Notes: generated by a model from the sequence alone, not told the origin. A stretch of DNA of 63,993 bases, filler included, from Acidimicrobiia bacterium (GCA_046759765.1; 4 parts of 4 records of this genome joined end to end with filler, not necessarily neighbours in it); one strand, 5' to 3'. Counted from the whole stretch's first letter, positions 27,074 through 37,358 are shown. A program made the numbers and translations.

Positions 27074-29893
27074 ATGACAACGGTCCACACCCTTCCCTCG
27101 GGGACAGTCACGTTCCTCTTCACCGATATCCAGGGCAGCACGCAGCTGTGGGACGCCTTCCCCGATGAGATGCGGACCGCGTTGGGGGTCCACGATCAGA
27201 TCATCGGCGACGCCGTCTCCTCAGCAAATGGTGCGGTCGTCAAGAACACCGGCGATGGGATCTTCGCCGCCTTCTCTGAGGCGCCGGACGGCGTTGTCGC
27301 CGCGGTCGACGCCCAGAGAAGGATCGCCGCTTACGAGTGGGATCCGGTCATCGACTCCCTTGAGGTGCGGATGGCCCTTCACACTGCTGTCGTGGAGCCC
27401 GTCGATGGCGACTACCACGGCCCCGCTATCAATCGCGTGGCCCGGATAGAAGCGGCCGGTCACGGAGGACAGATCCTCCTCTCGGACGCCGCCCAGGAGG
27501 CCGCTGCCGACGCGCTGCCTGCAGACATGGAGATCGTCGCCCTCGGAACCCACAGCCTGCGCGGGCTGAGCCGTCCCGAGACGATCCATCAACTCGTCGT
27601 TCCCGGGGTCCGCTCTGCCTTCCCACCTCTGCGGACCGCGTCGGTTGCTGTGGGAGTCCTGCCTGAGTTCGCGACTTCGTTCGTCGGTCGCTCCGCGGAT
27701 ATCGAGGGCATCGCAGAGCAGTTCGCTGCCCCCGACTGCCGGGTGGTGACCGCGCTCGGTCCCGGTGGCATCGGCAAGACACGCCTTTCCGTCGAAGCGG
27801 CACGTCACATCGGCGAGACGAGCAGCTCTGTTGCACACTTCGTATCGCTGGCCGCAGTACCCAGTCCCGAGGCCATCATCAGGGAGATCGCCGAGAGCCT
27901 CAACTTCACCATTGATCTCCACATCGCCTCGATGGTCGACGAGACGACTCAGGTGCTCGACCTGCTGCAGAACCAACGGATGATCCTCGTCCTCGACAAC
28001 TTCGAGCATCTGCTGTCCGGTGCGGCAATCGTGACCCGAATCGTCGAGTCGGCACCGGACGTCGACGTGCTCGTCACCAGCCGCGAGCGGCTTGGAATCG
28101 GCTCCGAATGGGTGTATGAGGTAGGCGGCCTCGACGTGGGAGAAGGCGGAGAATCGGACCAAAGGTCCGAAGCCGTGGAACTGTTCGTGGAGCGGGCCCG
28201 CCGCGCCGGCGGATCGGTCCCCTCGGATAGCGAGCATGATGTTTCTTCGCTGTGCGCGGCTCTGGGGGGAATGCCGCTCGCTATCGAACTGGCCGCGGCC
28301 TGGACGCCTGCATTGCCGGTGAGTGAGATCGCCTTCGAAGTTCAGTCCAGCCTCGATTTCCTTGCCGGGACGCTGGCTGATATGCCGGAGCGTCATCGCA
28401 GCGTAAGGGCGGCCTTCGACCACTCCTGGAAAAGACTCGATGTCGACCTGAGAGACGCTTTCAGCAGCCTGAACATATTTCCGGCGCCCTTCACCCGGGA
28501 AGCCGCGGCCGAGGTGGCGGGAACACAGCTGCCCACACTGCTGGCCCTTATGAACAAGTCGCTGCTGCGGCGTGCCGATCTCGACACGTACGACATTCAT
28601 CCGCTTCTGCGGGAGCTGGGTCTGGAAGAGCTCGGAGACGAAAGGGAAATTGCAGCTCGCAAACACGCCGAGTTCTATGTCGGCCGCCTCCTGGACCGTG
28701 AGCAGCGGCTGCGCGGCAGCATCGAGCAGATTGAGATCAAAGACGAGGTAGCCGCCGAGTTGGGGAACCTCAGGGCAGCGACGGTGTGGGCGGCGGCGGA
28801 CAACCTGCCCACCGCGGAGGTCGTAGGAATCCTCAACGCTTTGCAGGCCTTCTACTTCCTTTACAGCTGGGCGGAAGCGATCGACCACTTCGAAGAAATA
28901 GCAGCAGCCGTTGAGGAGCGTGTGGGTTTCGAGGCGTCGGTCGACGACGACCGGTACCTCTGGGCAAAGACCCTCGCCATGAACAATCTCTCTCAGTTCG
29001 GAAACGTCGACCAGGTCACCGGGGAGCTGACCCGGTTGCTGCCGCACTGGGAGCAGCGTGGTGGCGCGGGCCTCGCCTGGTGCCTCGTCTCTCTGGGCAT
29101 CGCGGCTGAGCAGGCGGGCGATCTGGCCGAGGCCCGGAGCTTGTTTGAGCGAGCCGAGGCGATCGGGTTCGGCGACGATGGTCTCCTCTACATCGAACAC
29201 GCCTCGTGGTACGGCTGGGTGATCATCGAGCAGGGGAACGCGGAGCGAGCGCGGGAGATCTTCCAAGATGGTCTCGACGTCGCAGAACGAGACAACACCT
29301 ATCCCGGCCGGGCTTACACACTGAGCAAACTCGGGGTGGCGGCCGACGAGCTGGGCAACCACGAGGAGGCCGCCGAGTACCACCACGAGAGCCGCGAGAT
29401 ATTCGTGAAGAGCGGCGACCTGGGCGGACAGGGTTACACCCTGTCCCGCCTGAGCTGGACCTACTGGCTGATGGGTGACTACGTCAAGGCGAAGCGCTAC
29501 GGGGAGGAAGGTCTCGAGAAGTTCGACGAGATCAACCATCGGTGGGGGGTGGCGGCATCGTGGTGTCGCATCGGTCTGGGAGAACTGGGCCTCGGTGACT
29601 TCGAGGCAGCGGCCGAAGCCTTCCGAGCTGGGTTGAGCTCAGCGCTGAGCCACAAGATGCAGACGCTCGTCTATTACGCGCTCATGGGAATGGGCAGGCT
29701 CTACGCCGAGGAAGGCCGCACTGAGGACGCCGTGCGTCTGCTCGCTCAAAACGTGGAGGCGCCCGAGAACCCCTACGCCAATTTGGCGCAGGAGACTCTC
29801 GACGACCTGGGCGAGCAGGTAACCGAGGAGCTGCGACAGGCCGGCGCGGAGATGAGCCTCGACGAAGCTGTTGCCCTGGCCAAGGGAGAATGA
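27074..29893 (+). CDS. Class III cyclase-STAND NTPase-TPR protein
   Basis: FTDIQGST, VKNTGDG, NRVAR; GPGGIGKTRL, VLDNFEH, GGMPLAIELAA; TPR-like repeats. Confidence 0.92.
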   Translation: MTTVHTLPSGTVTFLFTDIQGSTQLWDAFPDEMRTALGVHDQIIGDAVSSANGAVVKNTGDGIFAAFSEAPDGVVAAVDAQRRIAAYEWDPVIDSLEVRMALHTAVVEPVDGDYHGPAINRVARIEAAGHGGQILLSDAAQEAAADALPADMEIVALGTHSLRGLSRPETIHQLVVPGVRSAFPPLRTASVAVGVLPEFATSFVGRSADIEGIAEQFAAPDCRVVTALGPGGIGKTRLSVEAARHIGETSSSVAHFVSLAAVPSPEAIIREIAESLNFTIDLHIASMVDETTQVLDLLQNQRMILVLDNFEHLLSGAAIVTRIVESAPDVDVLVTSRERLGIGSEWVYEVGGLDVGEGGESDQRSEAVELFVERARRAGGSVPSDSEHDVSSLCAALGGMPLAIELAAAWTPALPVSEIAFEVQSSLDFLAGTLADMPERHRSVRAAFDHSWKRLDVDLRDAFSSLNIFPAPFTREAAAEVAGTQLPTLLALMNKSLLRRADLDTYDIHPLLRELGLEELGDEREIAARKHAEFYVGRLLDREQRLRGSIEQIEIKDEVAAELGNLRAATVWAAADNLPTAEVVGILNALQAFYFLYSWAEAIDHFEEIAAAVEERVGFEASVDDDRYLWAKTLAMNNLSQFGNVDQVTGELTRLLPHWEQRGGAGLAWCLVSLGIAAEQAGDLAEARSLFERAEAIGFGDDGLLYIEHASWYGWVIIEQGNAERAREIFQDGLDVAERDNTYPGRAYTLSKLGVAADELGNHEEAAEYHHESREIFVKSGDLGGQGYTLSRLSWTYWLMGDYVKAKRYGEEGLEKFDEINHRWGVAASWCRIGLGELGLGDFEAAAEAFRAGLSSALSHKMQTLVYYALMGMGRLYAEEGRTEDAVRLLAQNVEAPENPYANLAQETLDDLGEQVTEELRQAGAEMSLDEAVALAKGE

Positions 29894-29947
29894 CGCCTCG
29901 CTCGTCCTAAAACCGGGACCCGCTCCGAGGCTGGACGGGGATCGCTC

Positions 29948-30796
29948 TTAGCGGCCCTGTTCACCGAGCCAGTTGTCGTAAGAGATAGGGTGCCCGGTCT
30001 CGAGATAGGCCTGGAAAGAATCCATCGCCCATGACCAGCCTTCATTCAGGTCGTCGTAGTGCGACTTGGTCTCGAGGTCATGGTGGACCAGACGAACCGT
30101 CGACTTACCGGGGCCGAGCGATTCGAAATTCACGTCGACCACAGTGCCGGGACAGTGGTCTGGATTGTCCCAGGTGAACCTCAGATGTTGCGGCGGTTCG
30201 AAGATGAGAAACTCGCCCTCGTCGCCGTCCGCGTTGCGGTACCTCCCGCCCGGTCGCAGATCGGAGTGCGCTTCGGTCGTGAACCACCTGGTCAGCTTTT
30301 GCGGCTCTGTGAAGGCCGCAAAGGCAACCTCGGGCGACACGCTGAGTGTCCTCTCTTGAGTCAGTTCGTAATCCGCCATCGTTTCCTCTTTTCCTTTCCG
30401 ATCTGTTGATTGGGACTTTCGCCCCGGGGACGTTGCTTGAGGGTCTGTCGTGCCGGTGCCAGCTGTCCAGGAGTCCTCCTCGAGATATTCGGCGAGGCGC
30501 GCCAGGGATCGCTCCCACCGATTGGCCCGTGCCTGGAGCCATTGTGCCGTCTCGATGAGAGGCCGAGTCTGGAGCTCATACCTCATTTCCCGCCCATGCT
30601 TCTTGCCGACGATCAGTCCCGCACTTTCGAGCTCTTTGAGGTGGCGGGACATCGCCTGACGCGATATCGGTAGCCGGGCCGAGAACTTGGTCGCGGTGCC
30701 GGTTCCTCCTTCGTCCAGCCATCCAATTATCTGAGCTCTTGTCCGATCGGCGAGGGCAGCGAACACTTGACCGGGCGGGTGGAGACGCCTCGTCAA
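29948..30796 (-). CDS. ArsR-family regulator in frame with an SRPBCC (AHSA1) domain; second domain has its own SD and ATG at 30379
   Basis: VFAALADRTR...ISRQAMSRHLKELESAGLI...GRE; then AFTEPQKLTRWF, DLRPGGRY, LRFTW, EGW. Confidence 0.85.
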   Translation of the reverse strand: MTRRLHPPGQVFAALADRTRAQIIGWLDEGGTGTATKFSARLPISRQAMSRHLKELESAGLIVGKKHGREMRYELQTRPLIETAQWLQARANRWERSLARLAEYLEEDSWTAGTGTTDPQATSPGRKSQSTDRKGKEETMADYELTQERTLSVSPEVAFAAFTEPQKLTRWFTTEAHSDLRPGGRYRNADGDEGEFLIFEPPQHLRFTWDNPDHCPGTVVDVNFESLGPGKSTVRLVHHDLETKSHYDDLNEGWSWAMDSFQAYLETGHPISYDNWLGEQGR

Positions 30797-31233
30797 CTCG
30801 CTGCGCCCTCGACGTAGGTCACAAGCTCATCGAGCTCCGACTTCCAGCCCATCGTGTTCTCCTGCACGTGCCAGTCTCTGACTGCCTCGGGGAAGGACGC
30901 GAACCCGCTTTCAACGACCGTGATACGGGTGCCACCTTCTTCTGTGGCGATGAGGAATTCGACCAATGTCGACGGCCCCTCGTCGACCGGGGTGTCGGGG
31001 TTGGCCGCCCACCGAAACGCAAAGCGCGTGTGCGGCTCGACCTTTTCTATGACGGCCTGATAACTCTTTCCGTCATCGGTCCAGCCAAATAGGGCATCGC
31101 CTCCGGGCCGGAGATCGATCTTCGCAATGTCCCCGAACCATGCGCTCATCCCCTCCTCGGTTGTAAGGGCGGCCCAGACCAGGTCTGGCGTCGCAGAAAC
31201 AGTGATCGTCCGCTCGATCTGATCGGTAACCAA
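30793..31233 (-). CDS. SRPBCC/AHSA1 domain protein
   Basis: IERTITV, VWAALT, DLRPGG, FAFRW, STLVEF, VVESGF, GW; GGAGGT SD before TTG at 31233. Confidence 0.88.
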   Translation of the reverse strand: MVTDQIERTITVSATPDLVWAALTTEEGMSAWFGDIAKIDLRPGGDALFGWTDDGKSYQAVIEKVEPHTRFAFRWAANPDTPVDEGPSTLVEFLIATEEGGTRITVVESGFASFPEAVRDWHVQENTMGWKSELDELVTYVEGAAS

Positions 31234-31250
31234 TGCATTCACCTCCCGAT

Positions 31251-31295
31251 ATGCAACGTTTGAGTTGCGTATTACACGCAACATACGGATTGCGT
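31251..31295. promoter_or_regulatory. Tandem palindromic operator, probably bound by the adjacent ArsR
   Basis: ATGCAAC-N6-GTTGCGT (31251-31270) and ACGCAAC-N6-ATTGCGT (31276-31295). Confidence 0.7.
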
Positions 31296-31423
31296 ATTCA
31301 TCTGTCAACTCGGCCGGCAGCCCGGAGAAGGGACCGCTGATTCTGCGATACTCGTCCGATGCGGCCGGGATTCCATTCGCCTCCACGCAACACTGCCGAC
31401 CCCGGGCGTTCGAGAGACCCTCG

Positions 31424-32917
31424 ATGACGCTCGCTCGATGGACTCCTCCGCGGCTGGCTTCCCAGCGCAGTCCCGACCAGCGCACCGTCCTTTGGTTGGA
31501 GCTGTTCTACGACCTCGTCTTTGTCGCCGCCCTCATTCAGCTCGGTCAGACCCTCATTTCGGATCTCACCTGGCGTGGCGCCGGTCGCTTCGTCGTGCTT
31601 TTTGCTCTGCTGTGGTGGGCGTGGACGGGCACGACCTTCTTGATGAACCGAGTCGACGTCGACGACATCATCCATCGGTCGCTGATGATCGCCCAGATGT
31701 TCGCCATCGGAACTGTGGCCGTATTGGTTGATGGCGCGTTCGGTGTCCACTCGGCGGGCTTCGCCCTGGCCTACTTTTTCGTACGGCTGACCCTGGTGCT
31801 CATGTATGCGCGTGTCTGGTGGCACATCCCCAAGGCACGGCAGCTTGCCCAGTCCTTTCTCGTGGTGAACGGGATCGCTGCGGCAATGTGGCTCGTATCC
31901 GTCTTTGTTCCCACCCCGGGTAGATACTGGCTCTGGGGTCTGGCTTTCCTGATCGATGTCTCATGGATCGTCCTGCCCGGTTCACGTCGGCGCGCAGCAA
32001 GGGAGTTTCCGGCCGACGAGGAGCACATGGGCGAGCGCTACGCCCTCTTCACGATCATCGTGCTAGGCGAGTCGTTTATCAAGATCATCGGAGCCGTGGC
32101 GGACCACGGCGTTACGGCCGACACCTTGGTCCACATGGCCTTGGCGTTCGTGATCGCAGCCGGCTTGTGGTGGACCTACTTCGATGATATCGCCGACAGC
32201 CCCATCAAGTCGTGGTCACCAGCCGTTCCGATCGCGGCCGTCTGGACGGTTCTCCATTTGCCGCTGACGATGGGCCTCACGGCAGTGGGGGTGGGTCTCG
32301 AACTGCTCGCTCTGACCGACATGGGCGATCGGATGGACTCTTCCGCCGCCTGGCTCCTGATCGGCGCGCTAGTTCTGGTACTGGTGGCGGTTGCCGGTCT
32401 CGATGGGATCACTGACAATCGCCACTTTGGTGTAACTGAGCAGGCTCGACTGTTCCCAAGATTCGGTGCCATGGTTCTCCTTGTTCTCTTGGGTTTGGCC
32501 AGCTCGGAGTTGTCGTCAACTGTCTTCGGCCTAGCCGTAACGGCAGTTGTGATAGGCCAGATCGCGATCGAGGTAGTCGTGGCCAAACGGGCCGACCACA
32601 CCGTTCGGGTCCACGTCGAGGAAGTGATGCAAAGCGCCGTCGTCGAAGATCGCTGCGAGCATCTCGCCCGCAACCCCGACATCGTTCCGAACACAGCTGC
32701 ATGCCGCCAATGCATCAACAACGGGCTGGTGTGGGTCCATCTCCGTGTGTGCACCGTCTGCGGACAGGTCGGCTGTTGCGACGACTCGCCCGCCAGACAC
32801 GCCTCCGAGCACTTCCTCGAGACTGGCCATCCCACGATCCGCTCGATGGAGGCGGGAGAAGACTGGGCATGGTGCTACGTCGACAAGGTGGCATTCCGCT
32901 CGGCTAACGAAGCCCCA
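31424..32917 (+). CDS. Low temperature requirement protein A (LtrA) fused to C-terminal UBP-type zinc finger; stop lost at contig end
   Basis: WLELFYDLVFV, HMGERYALFTIIVLGES, LWWTYFD, HLPL; then CEHL...CRQC...WVHLRVCTVCGQVGCCDDSP.RHA..H...GHP...W.WCYVD. Confidence 0.88.
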
Positions 32918-33017
32918 NNNNNNNNNNNNNNNNNNNNNNNNNNNNNNNNNNNNNNNNNNNNTTAATTAATTAANNNNNNNNNNNNNNNNNNNNNNNNNNN
33001 NNNNNNNNNNNNNNNNN
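32918..33017. other. Artificial contig-joining linker
   Basis: N run with central TTAATTAATTAA. Confidence 0.98.
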
Positions 33018-33072
33018 CCATCGTCCCCACATTCACATGAGGCTTCACACGCTCAAACCGCGCCTTAGACAT
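33018..33072 (-). CDS. tuf: Elongation factor Tu, 5' fragment truncated at contig end
   Basis: MSKARFERVKPHVNVGTM directly after fusA with GAGG SD. Confidence 0.92.
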
Positions 33073-33086
33073 CCTCTCTCTCCTTC

Positions 33087-35204
33087 CTAATTCCCTCGTA
33101 CTGTGGCCACGATGTCCTGGCCGATCGAGTCAGGCACTTCCTGATATGAGTCGAAGTGCATCGTATAGGTGGCCCGACCCTGCGACCGTGAACGAAGGTC
33201 GGTGGCGTATCCGAACATCTCCGACAGGGGAACCCGAGCCCGAACGATCCTGGCCGCGCCGCGTTGGTTCATCTCGTCGATCTTGCCCCGCCGGGCTGAC
33301 AGGTCGCCGATCACATCACCCATGTAGTTCTCCGGGGTCACCACCTCGACCGACATCATCGGTTCGAGAAGAGCGAGTCCGGCCCGCTGGGCGGCTTCCT
33401 GTAGCGCCATCGAGCCGGCAATCCGGTATGCCATCTCGGATGAGTCGACCTCGTGGTAGGAGCCGTCAACGAGCACAGCCCTTACGTCCACGAGCGGGTA
33501 GCCGGCAAGGACTCCCTGATCCAAGGCATCCTCGATCCCGGCGTCGACAGCCGCGATGAACTCGCGCGGAATACGGCCACCAGAGATCCGATCCACGAAC
33601 TCGTAGCCCCCACCCGGCCCGGTTGGCTCTAGATCGATCACGACATGGCCGTACTGACCCTTACCACCGGACTGCCGCACGTACCGTCCTTCCACACCCT
33701 GGACAGGACCTCTGATCGTCTCCCGGTAGGCCACCTGGGGTCTTCCCACGTTGGCGACCACGTTGAACTCCCTGACCAGGCGATCAACGAGTATCTCCAA
33801 GTGCAGCTCTCCCATGCCTGAGATGATCGTTTGACCCGTCTCGGTATCGGTCCGCACGAGAAAAGTGGGGTCCTCGTCCGACAGACGGTGGAGCGCGCCT
33901 GTGAGCTTCTCGTCGTCAGCCTTGGTCTTCGGCTCGATCGCCACCGCGATCACGGGCGGAGGGAACGTCATGGCCTCGAGCTGAATCGGCCCGGCCGGAT
34001 CGCATAGCGTGTCGCCCGTGGCGGTGTTCTTCAGCCCAACCGCGGCCACGATGTCTCCGGTGAAGATGTCTTGGAGGTCCTCGCGGTGATTGGCGTGCAT
34101 TCGGAGGAGCCGGCCCAGCCTCTCCTTCTTTCCACTGGTTGTGTTGAGTACCCGCTCGCCCTGGCTGGCGTGGCCTGAGTAGACCCGAAAGTAGGTCAAC
34201 TTTCCTACGTGCGGGTCGCTCATGATCTTGAAGGCCAGCGCCGCGAAGGGCTCCGTGTCGTCCGGGGAGCGAGACGCCAAAGCCCCCGAGTCCTCGTTGG
34301 GGACGCCATCAACGGGAGGCAGGTCTGCCGGGCTCGGGAGATACGAGACGATGGCATCGAGCAGCAGCTGCACGCCCTTGTTCCGGAAAGCGGCTCCTGC
34401 CAACACAGGCGTGAAGGTGTGGTTAAGAGTCCCCGTTCTCAGGGCACGCCGGAGATCACCTGCTGATATCTCGTCATCCCCGAGGAACTTCTCGAGCACC
34501 ACCTCGTCGGCTTCCGCGGCTGCCTCCACCAACTTGGTCCGCCAACGGTGGACCTCGTCCTCCAAGTCCTTCGGCACCGCCGTGGTGTCCCAGTGGCTGC
34601 CATCGTCGGCGCGCCAGATGTGAGCCTGGAGCGTCACGAGATCCACGACTCCAAGAAAATCGGCCTCCGACCCGATCGGCACTTGGACGATTACCGGGTT
34701 GGCCCCCAGCCGCTCGCGAATGGAGCTCACAGACGCATAAAAATCGGCCCCGACCCGGTCCATCTTGTTGATGAAGCAGATACGGGGCACCTTGTATCTG
34801 TTTGCTTGGCGCCATACCGTCTCGGACTGGGGTTCGACCCCTGCCACACCATCGAAGACGGCGATGGCGCCATCGAGAATTCGTAGAGAGCGCTCTACTT
34901 CGACCGTGAAGTCCACGTGACCGGGAGTGTCGATGATGTTGATCCAGTGGTCCGCCCAGAAAGTGGTAGTAGCGGCCGAGGTGATGGTGATGCCACGCTC
35001 CTGCTCTTGTGCCATCCAGTCCATCACGGCCGCGCCTTCATGGACCTCGCCCATCTTGTAGGTCTTGCCCGTGTAGAAGAGAATTCGCTCCGTCAGGGTC
35101 GTTTTGCCCGCGTCGATGTGGGCCATGATCCCGATGTTGCGGGTACGGCTGATCGGGTATTGGCGCAGGTGGACAAGCGAATCTTTGGTCTTCGTAGCGC
35201 TCAT
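33087..35204 (-). CDS. fusA: Elongation factor G
   Basis: [43 protein letters not shown]. Confidence 0.98.
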   Translation of the reverse strand: MSATKTKDSLVHLRQYPISRTRNIGIMAHIDAGKTTLTERILFYTGKTYKMGEVHEGAAVMDWMAQEQERGITITSAATTTFWADHWINIIDTPGHVDFTVEVERSLRILDGAIAVFDGVAGVEPQSETVWRQANRYKVPRICFINKMDRVGADFYASVSSIRERLGANPVIVQVPIGSEADFLGVVDLVTLQAHIWRADDGSHWDTTAVPKDLEDEVHRWRTKLVEAAAEADEVVLEKFLGDDEISAGDLRRALRTGTLNHTFTPVLAGAAFRNKGVQLLLDAIVSYLPSPADLPPVDGVPNEDSGALASRSPDDTEPFAALAFKIMSDPHVGKLTYFRVYSGHASQGERVLNTTSGKKERLGRLLRMHANHREDLQDIFTGDIVAAVGLKNTATGDTLCDPAGPIQLEAMTFPPPVIAVAIEPKTKADDEKLTGALHRLSDEDPTFLVRTDTETGQTIISGMGELHLEILVDRLVREFNVVANVGRPQVAYRETIRGPVQGVEGRYVRQSGGKGQYGHVVIDLEPTGPGGGYEFVDRISGGRIPREFIAAVDAGIEDALDQGVLAGYPLVDVRAVLVDGSYHEVDSSEMAYRIAGSMALQEAAQRAGLALLEPMMSVEVVTPENYMGDVIGDLSARRGKIDEMNQRGAARIVRARVPLSEMFGYATDLRSRSQGRATYTMHFDSYQEVPDSIGQDIVATVRGN

Positions 35205-35212
35205 GAGCACGG

Positions 35213-35680
35213 CTACCAGCGGTAGTGGGCGAAGGCTTTGTTGGACTCCGCCATCTTGTGGATGTCTTCCTTCCGCTTCACGGCGAGGCCCGTGTTGTTA
35301 GAAGCATCCATGATCTCGGCGGCGAGGGCCTGCTCCATCGAGGGCTCTCTCCTCTGCCGAGCGAAGTTGACCAGCCAACGGACGGCGAGCGTGTTAGCCC
35401 GCCTCGGAGCGACCTCCACTGGTACCTGATATGAAGAGCCGCCCACCCGTCGCGAGCGGACCTCGACCTGAGGGCGGACATTGTCGACCGCCCTCTTCAA
35501 GACTGTCAGTGGATCTTGCTTGCTCCTGCGCTCCACCGTGTCCATGGCGCGGTAGACGATGTTCCGGGCCTTTTCCTTCTTTCCGCGCCACAGAACCTTG
35601 TTGATCAGTTGGGCGACCAGAACGGAGCGGTATACCGGGTCCGGATCGACCTTACGCTTCGGGGAGGGGCCCCTTCTCAT
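35213..35680 (-). CDS. rpsG: 30S ribosomal protein S7
   Basis: [35 protein letters not shown]. Confidence 0.98.
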   Translation of the reverse strand: MRRGPSPKRKVDPDPVYRSVLVAQLINKVLWRGKKEKARNIVYRAMDTVERRSKQDPLTVLKRAVDNVRPQVEVRSRRVGGSSYQVPVEVAPRRANTLAVRWLVNFARQRREPSMEQALAAEIMDASNNTGLAVKRKEDIHKMAESNKAFAHYRW

Positions 35681-36051
35681 CAGAACCCCCTTTTGGCGCC
35701 GTAACGAGAGCGGGCCTGACGGCGGCCCTCAACGCCGGCGGTGTCGAGAGTCCCTCTGATCACCTTGTAGCGCACGCCGGGAAGGTCTTTCACCCTTCCG
35801 CCCCGTACCAGCACAATCGAGTGCTCCTGGAGGTTGTGGCCTTCCCCGGGGATGTAGGCCGTGACCTCTACGCCGGAGGTGAGGCGTACGCGGGCAACCT
35901 TGCGCAGGGCCGAGTTCGGCTTCTTCGGAGTTACCGTGTAGACGCGCGTGCACACGCCGCGCCGTTGAGGAGCGCCGCCGAGACCCGGCGTCTTCTCCTT
36001 GCGCGGCTTGGGCTTTCGCCCCTGCCTGACCAGCTGCTGGATCGTGGGCAC
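35680..36051 (-). CDS. rpsL: 30S ribosomal protein S12
   Basis: [31 protein letters not shown]. Confidence 0.99.
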   Translation of the reverse strand: MPTIQQLVRQGRKPKPRKEKTPGLGGAPQRRGVCTRVYTVTPKKPNSALRKVARVRLTSGVEVTAYIPGEGHNLQEHSIVLVRGGRVKDLPGVRYKVIRGTLDTAGVEGRRQARSRYGAKRGF

Positions 36052-36212
36052 TGTCGTCTCTCGATTGCTCGTCCTTACGCGACAATCGGCGTTCGGCCCG
36101 AAGCCGAGAACGCCGACCTCTTGTTGACCCGTTCTGGAGGCTGTTCCCCCGGTCAGGTCACACCGGAGGGCCCACAGAATGGAGGGTTATGGTCCGAGAA
36201 CCACGAAAAGAA

Positions 36213-36241
36213 AGTATATGCGCTCTGACCAGGTAATTCAA
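36213..36241 (-). promoter_or_regulatory. Housekeeping sigma promoter of the str operon
   Basis: Minus strand TTGAAT-N17-TATACT, about 160 nt upstream of rpsL. Confidence 0.7.
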
Positions 36242-36476
36242 AGTACGCGAAAGCCGAGAACCGGGCCGTCCTCGGCCTTTCGAGCTTCCTCTTCCAGACC
36301 TCTGGGAGGGACCATTGGCACTCGTTGCAGAGAGAACCAGGCCGCCCGGACGCAATCCTCCGGCCTGAACGCATCGCGTCGGCGATACCTACGCGTCTGT
36401 ATTAGGCAGAGGTGCACTCGCCGAGCTTCCTATGGTGGGCGCCGCCTCAGACGCACCGATCTGAGAGGGGGTTGTA

Positions 36477-37163
36477 GTGGAGGTACAGATAGACGACCGT
36501 CCGTCATACGCGATAGCCAAGGTGGCCCTTGGTGCTGGCGAGGAGATCATCGCGGAGGGAGGAGCGATGGTGGGTATGACTGGAGGTTTTGAGCTTGAAA
36601 CCAAGGCCCGTGGCGGGTTCTTGAAATCGGTTGCCCGTTCGACCTTCGGTGGGGAGAGCTTTTTCCTGAATACCTTCAAGGCGCCGCTCTCGGGCGGGAC
36701 CGTTCGGCTGGCTCCGGCCCTTCCGGGGGACATGCGAGTGATGGAGTTGGTCGACGATCGACTAATGGTTCAGTCCGGCGGGTTCATTGCCTCGAGTCCT
36801 TCGTTGGAGGTGGAGACCAAGTGGAGTGGCGCCAAGACTTTCTTCGCCAGCGAAGGTCTGATCATGCTGCGCGTCTCCGGTTCGGGGACTCTGATAATCG
36901 CCGCCTACGGGGCCATCGAGGAGATTGAGCTCGGCCCCGAAGAGAGGTTCACGGTTGATACCGGCCACCTTGTCACGTTCACCGAAGGCATCGGTTTCGA
37001 CGTTCGCAAGGTCGGCGGTTGGAAGAGCACCTTGTTCAGCGGTGAGGGCCTCGTAGTGGATCTCACCGGACCGGGCAAGCTGACCCTTCAGACGAGAAGC
37101 CAAGATGCATTCCTGGGATGGCTGATTCCGCAGCTGCCGTCCCAGAAGACCAGCAGCGCCTGA
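36477..37163 (+). CDS. TIGR00266/AIM24 family protein
   Basis: AEGGAMV, GGESFFLN, LAPALPGD, YGAI, VDTGHLV, SGEGLV..LTGPG...LQTR. Confidence 0.92.
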   Translation: MEVQIDDRPSYAIAKVALGAGEEIIAEGGAMVGMTGGFELETKARGGFLKSVARSTFGGESFFLNTFKAPLSGGTVRLAPALPGDMRVMELVDDRLMVQSGGFIASSPSLEVETKWSGAKTFFASEGLIMLRVSGSGTLIIAAYGAIEEIELGPEERFTVDTGHLVTFTEGIGFDVRKVGGWKSTLFSGEGLVVDLTGPGKLTLQTRSQDAFLGWLIPQLPSQKTSSA

Positions 37164-37358
37164 CAGTCTGGAAACAGGGCAAAGACGAGGTCCTAGACGA
37201 GTTCACTGGGGCCCGCGTAGCCAGCCGGAACACCGCAGAGCTCAACCACGCGGAAACCAGCAACGCTTCCACTGCACACTCCCAGCCGAATCCTGGATGT
37301 CTGGTTACCACTCCACCAACGAGGCGCCGGCTTACGCCTCCCTATAGGCTCCTGGCCG

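Noticed and set aside
27221..29539. 772-aa antisense ORF (also 45614-46867, 38934-39995, 10194-11144, 19480-20457)
   Set aside because: Shadow ORFs opposite well-supported genes, expected in high-GC DNA; no recognisable motifs.
16608..29893. Calling the cyclase island Pycsar/CBASS/Avs
   Set aside because: No cNMP-binding TIR/TM effector, CD-NTase or nuclease gene visible; a defence role remains only a hypothesis.
33018..33072. tuf, rpoB, fabH and the 16608 cyclase as pseudogenes
   Set aside because: Truncations coincide with contig ends.
35680..36051. Streptomycin-resistance alleles in rpsL
   Set aside because: PKKPNS and VKDLPG are wild type.
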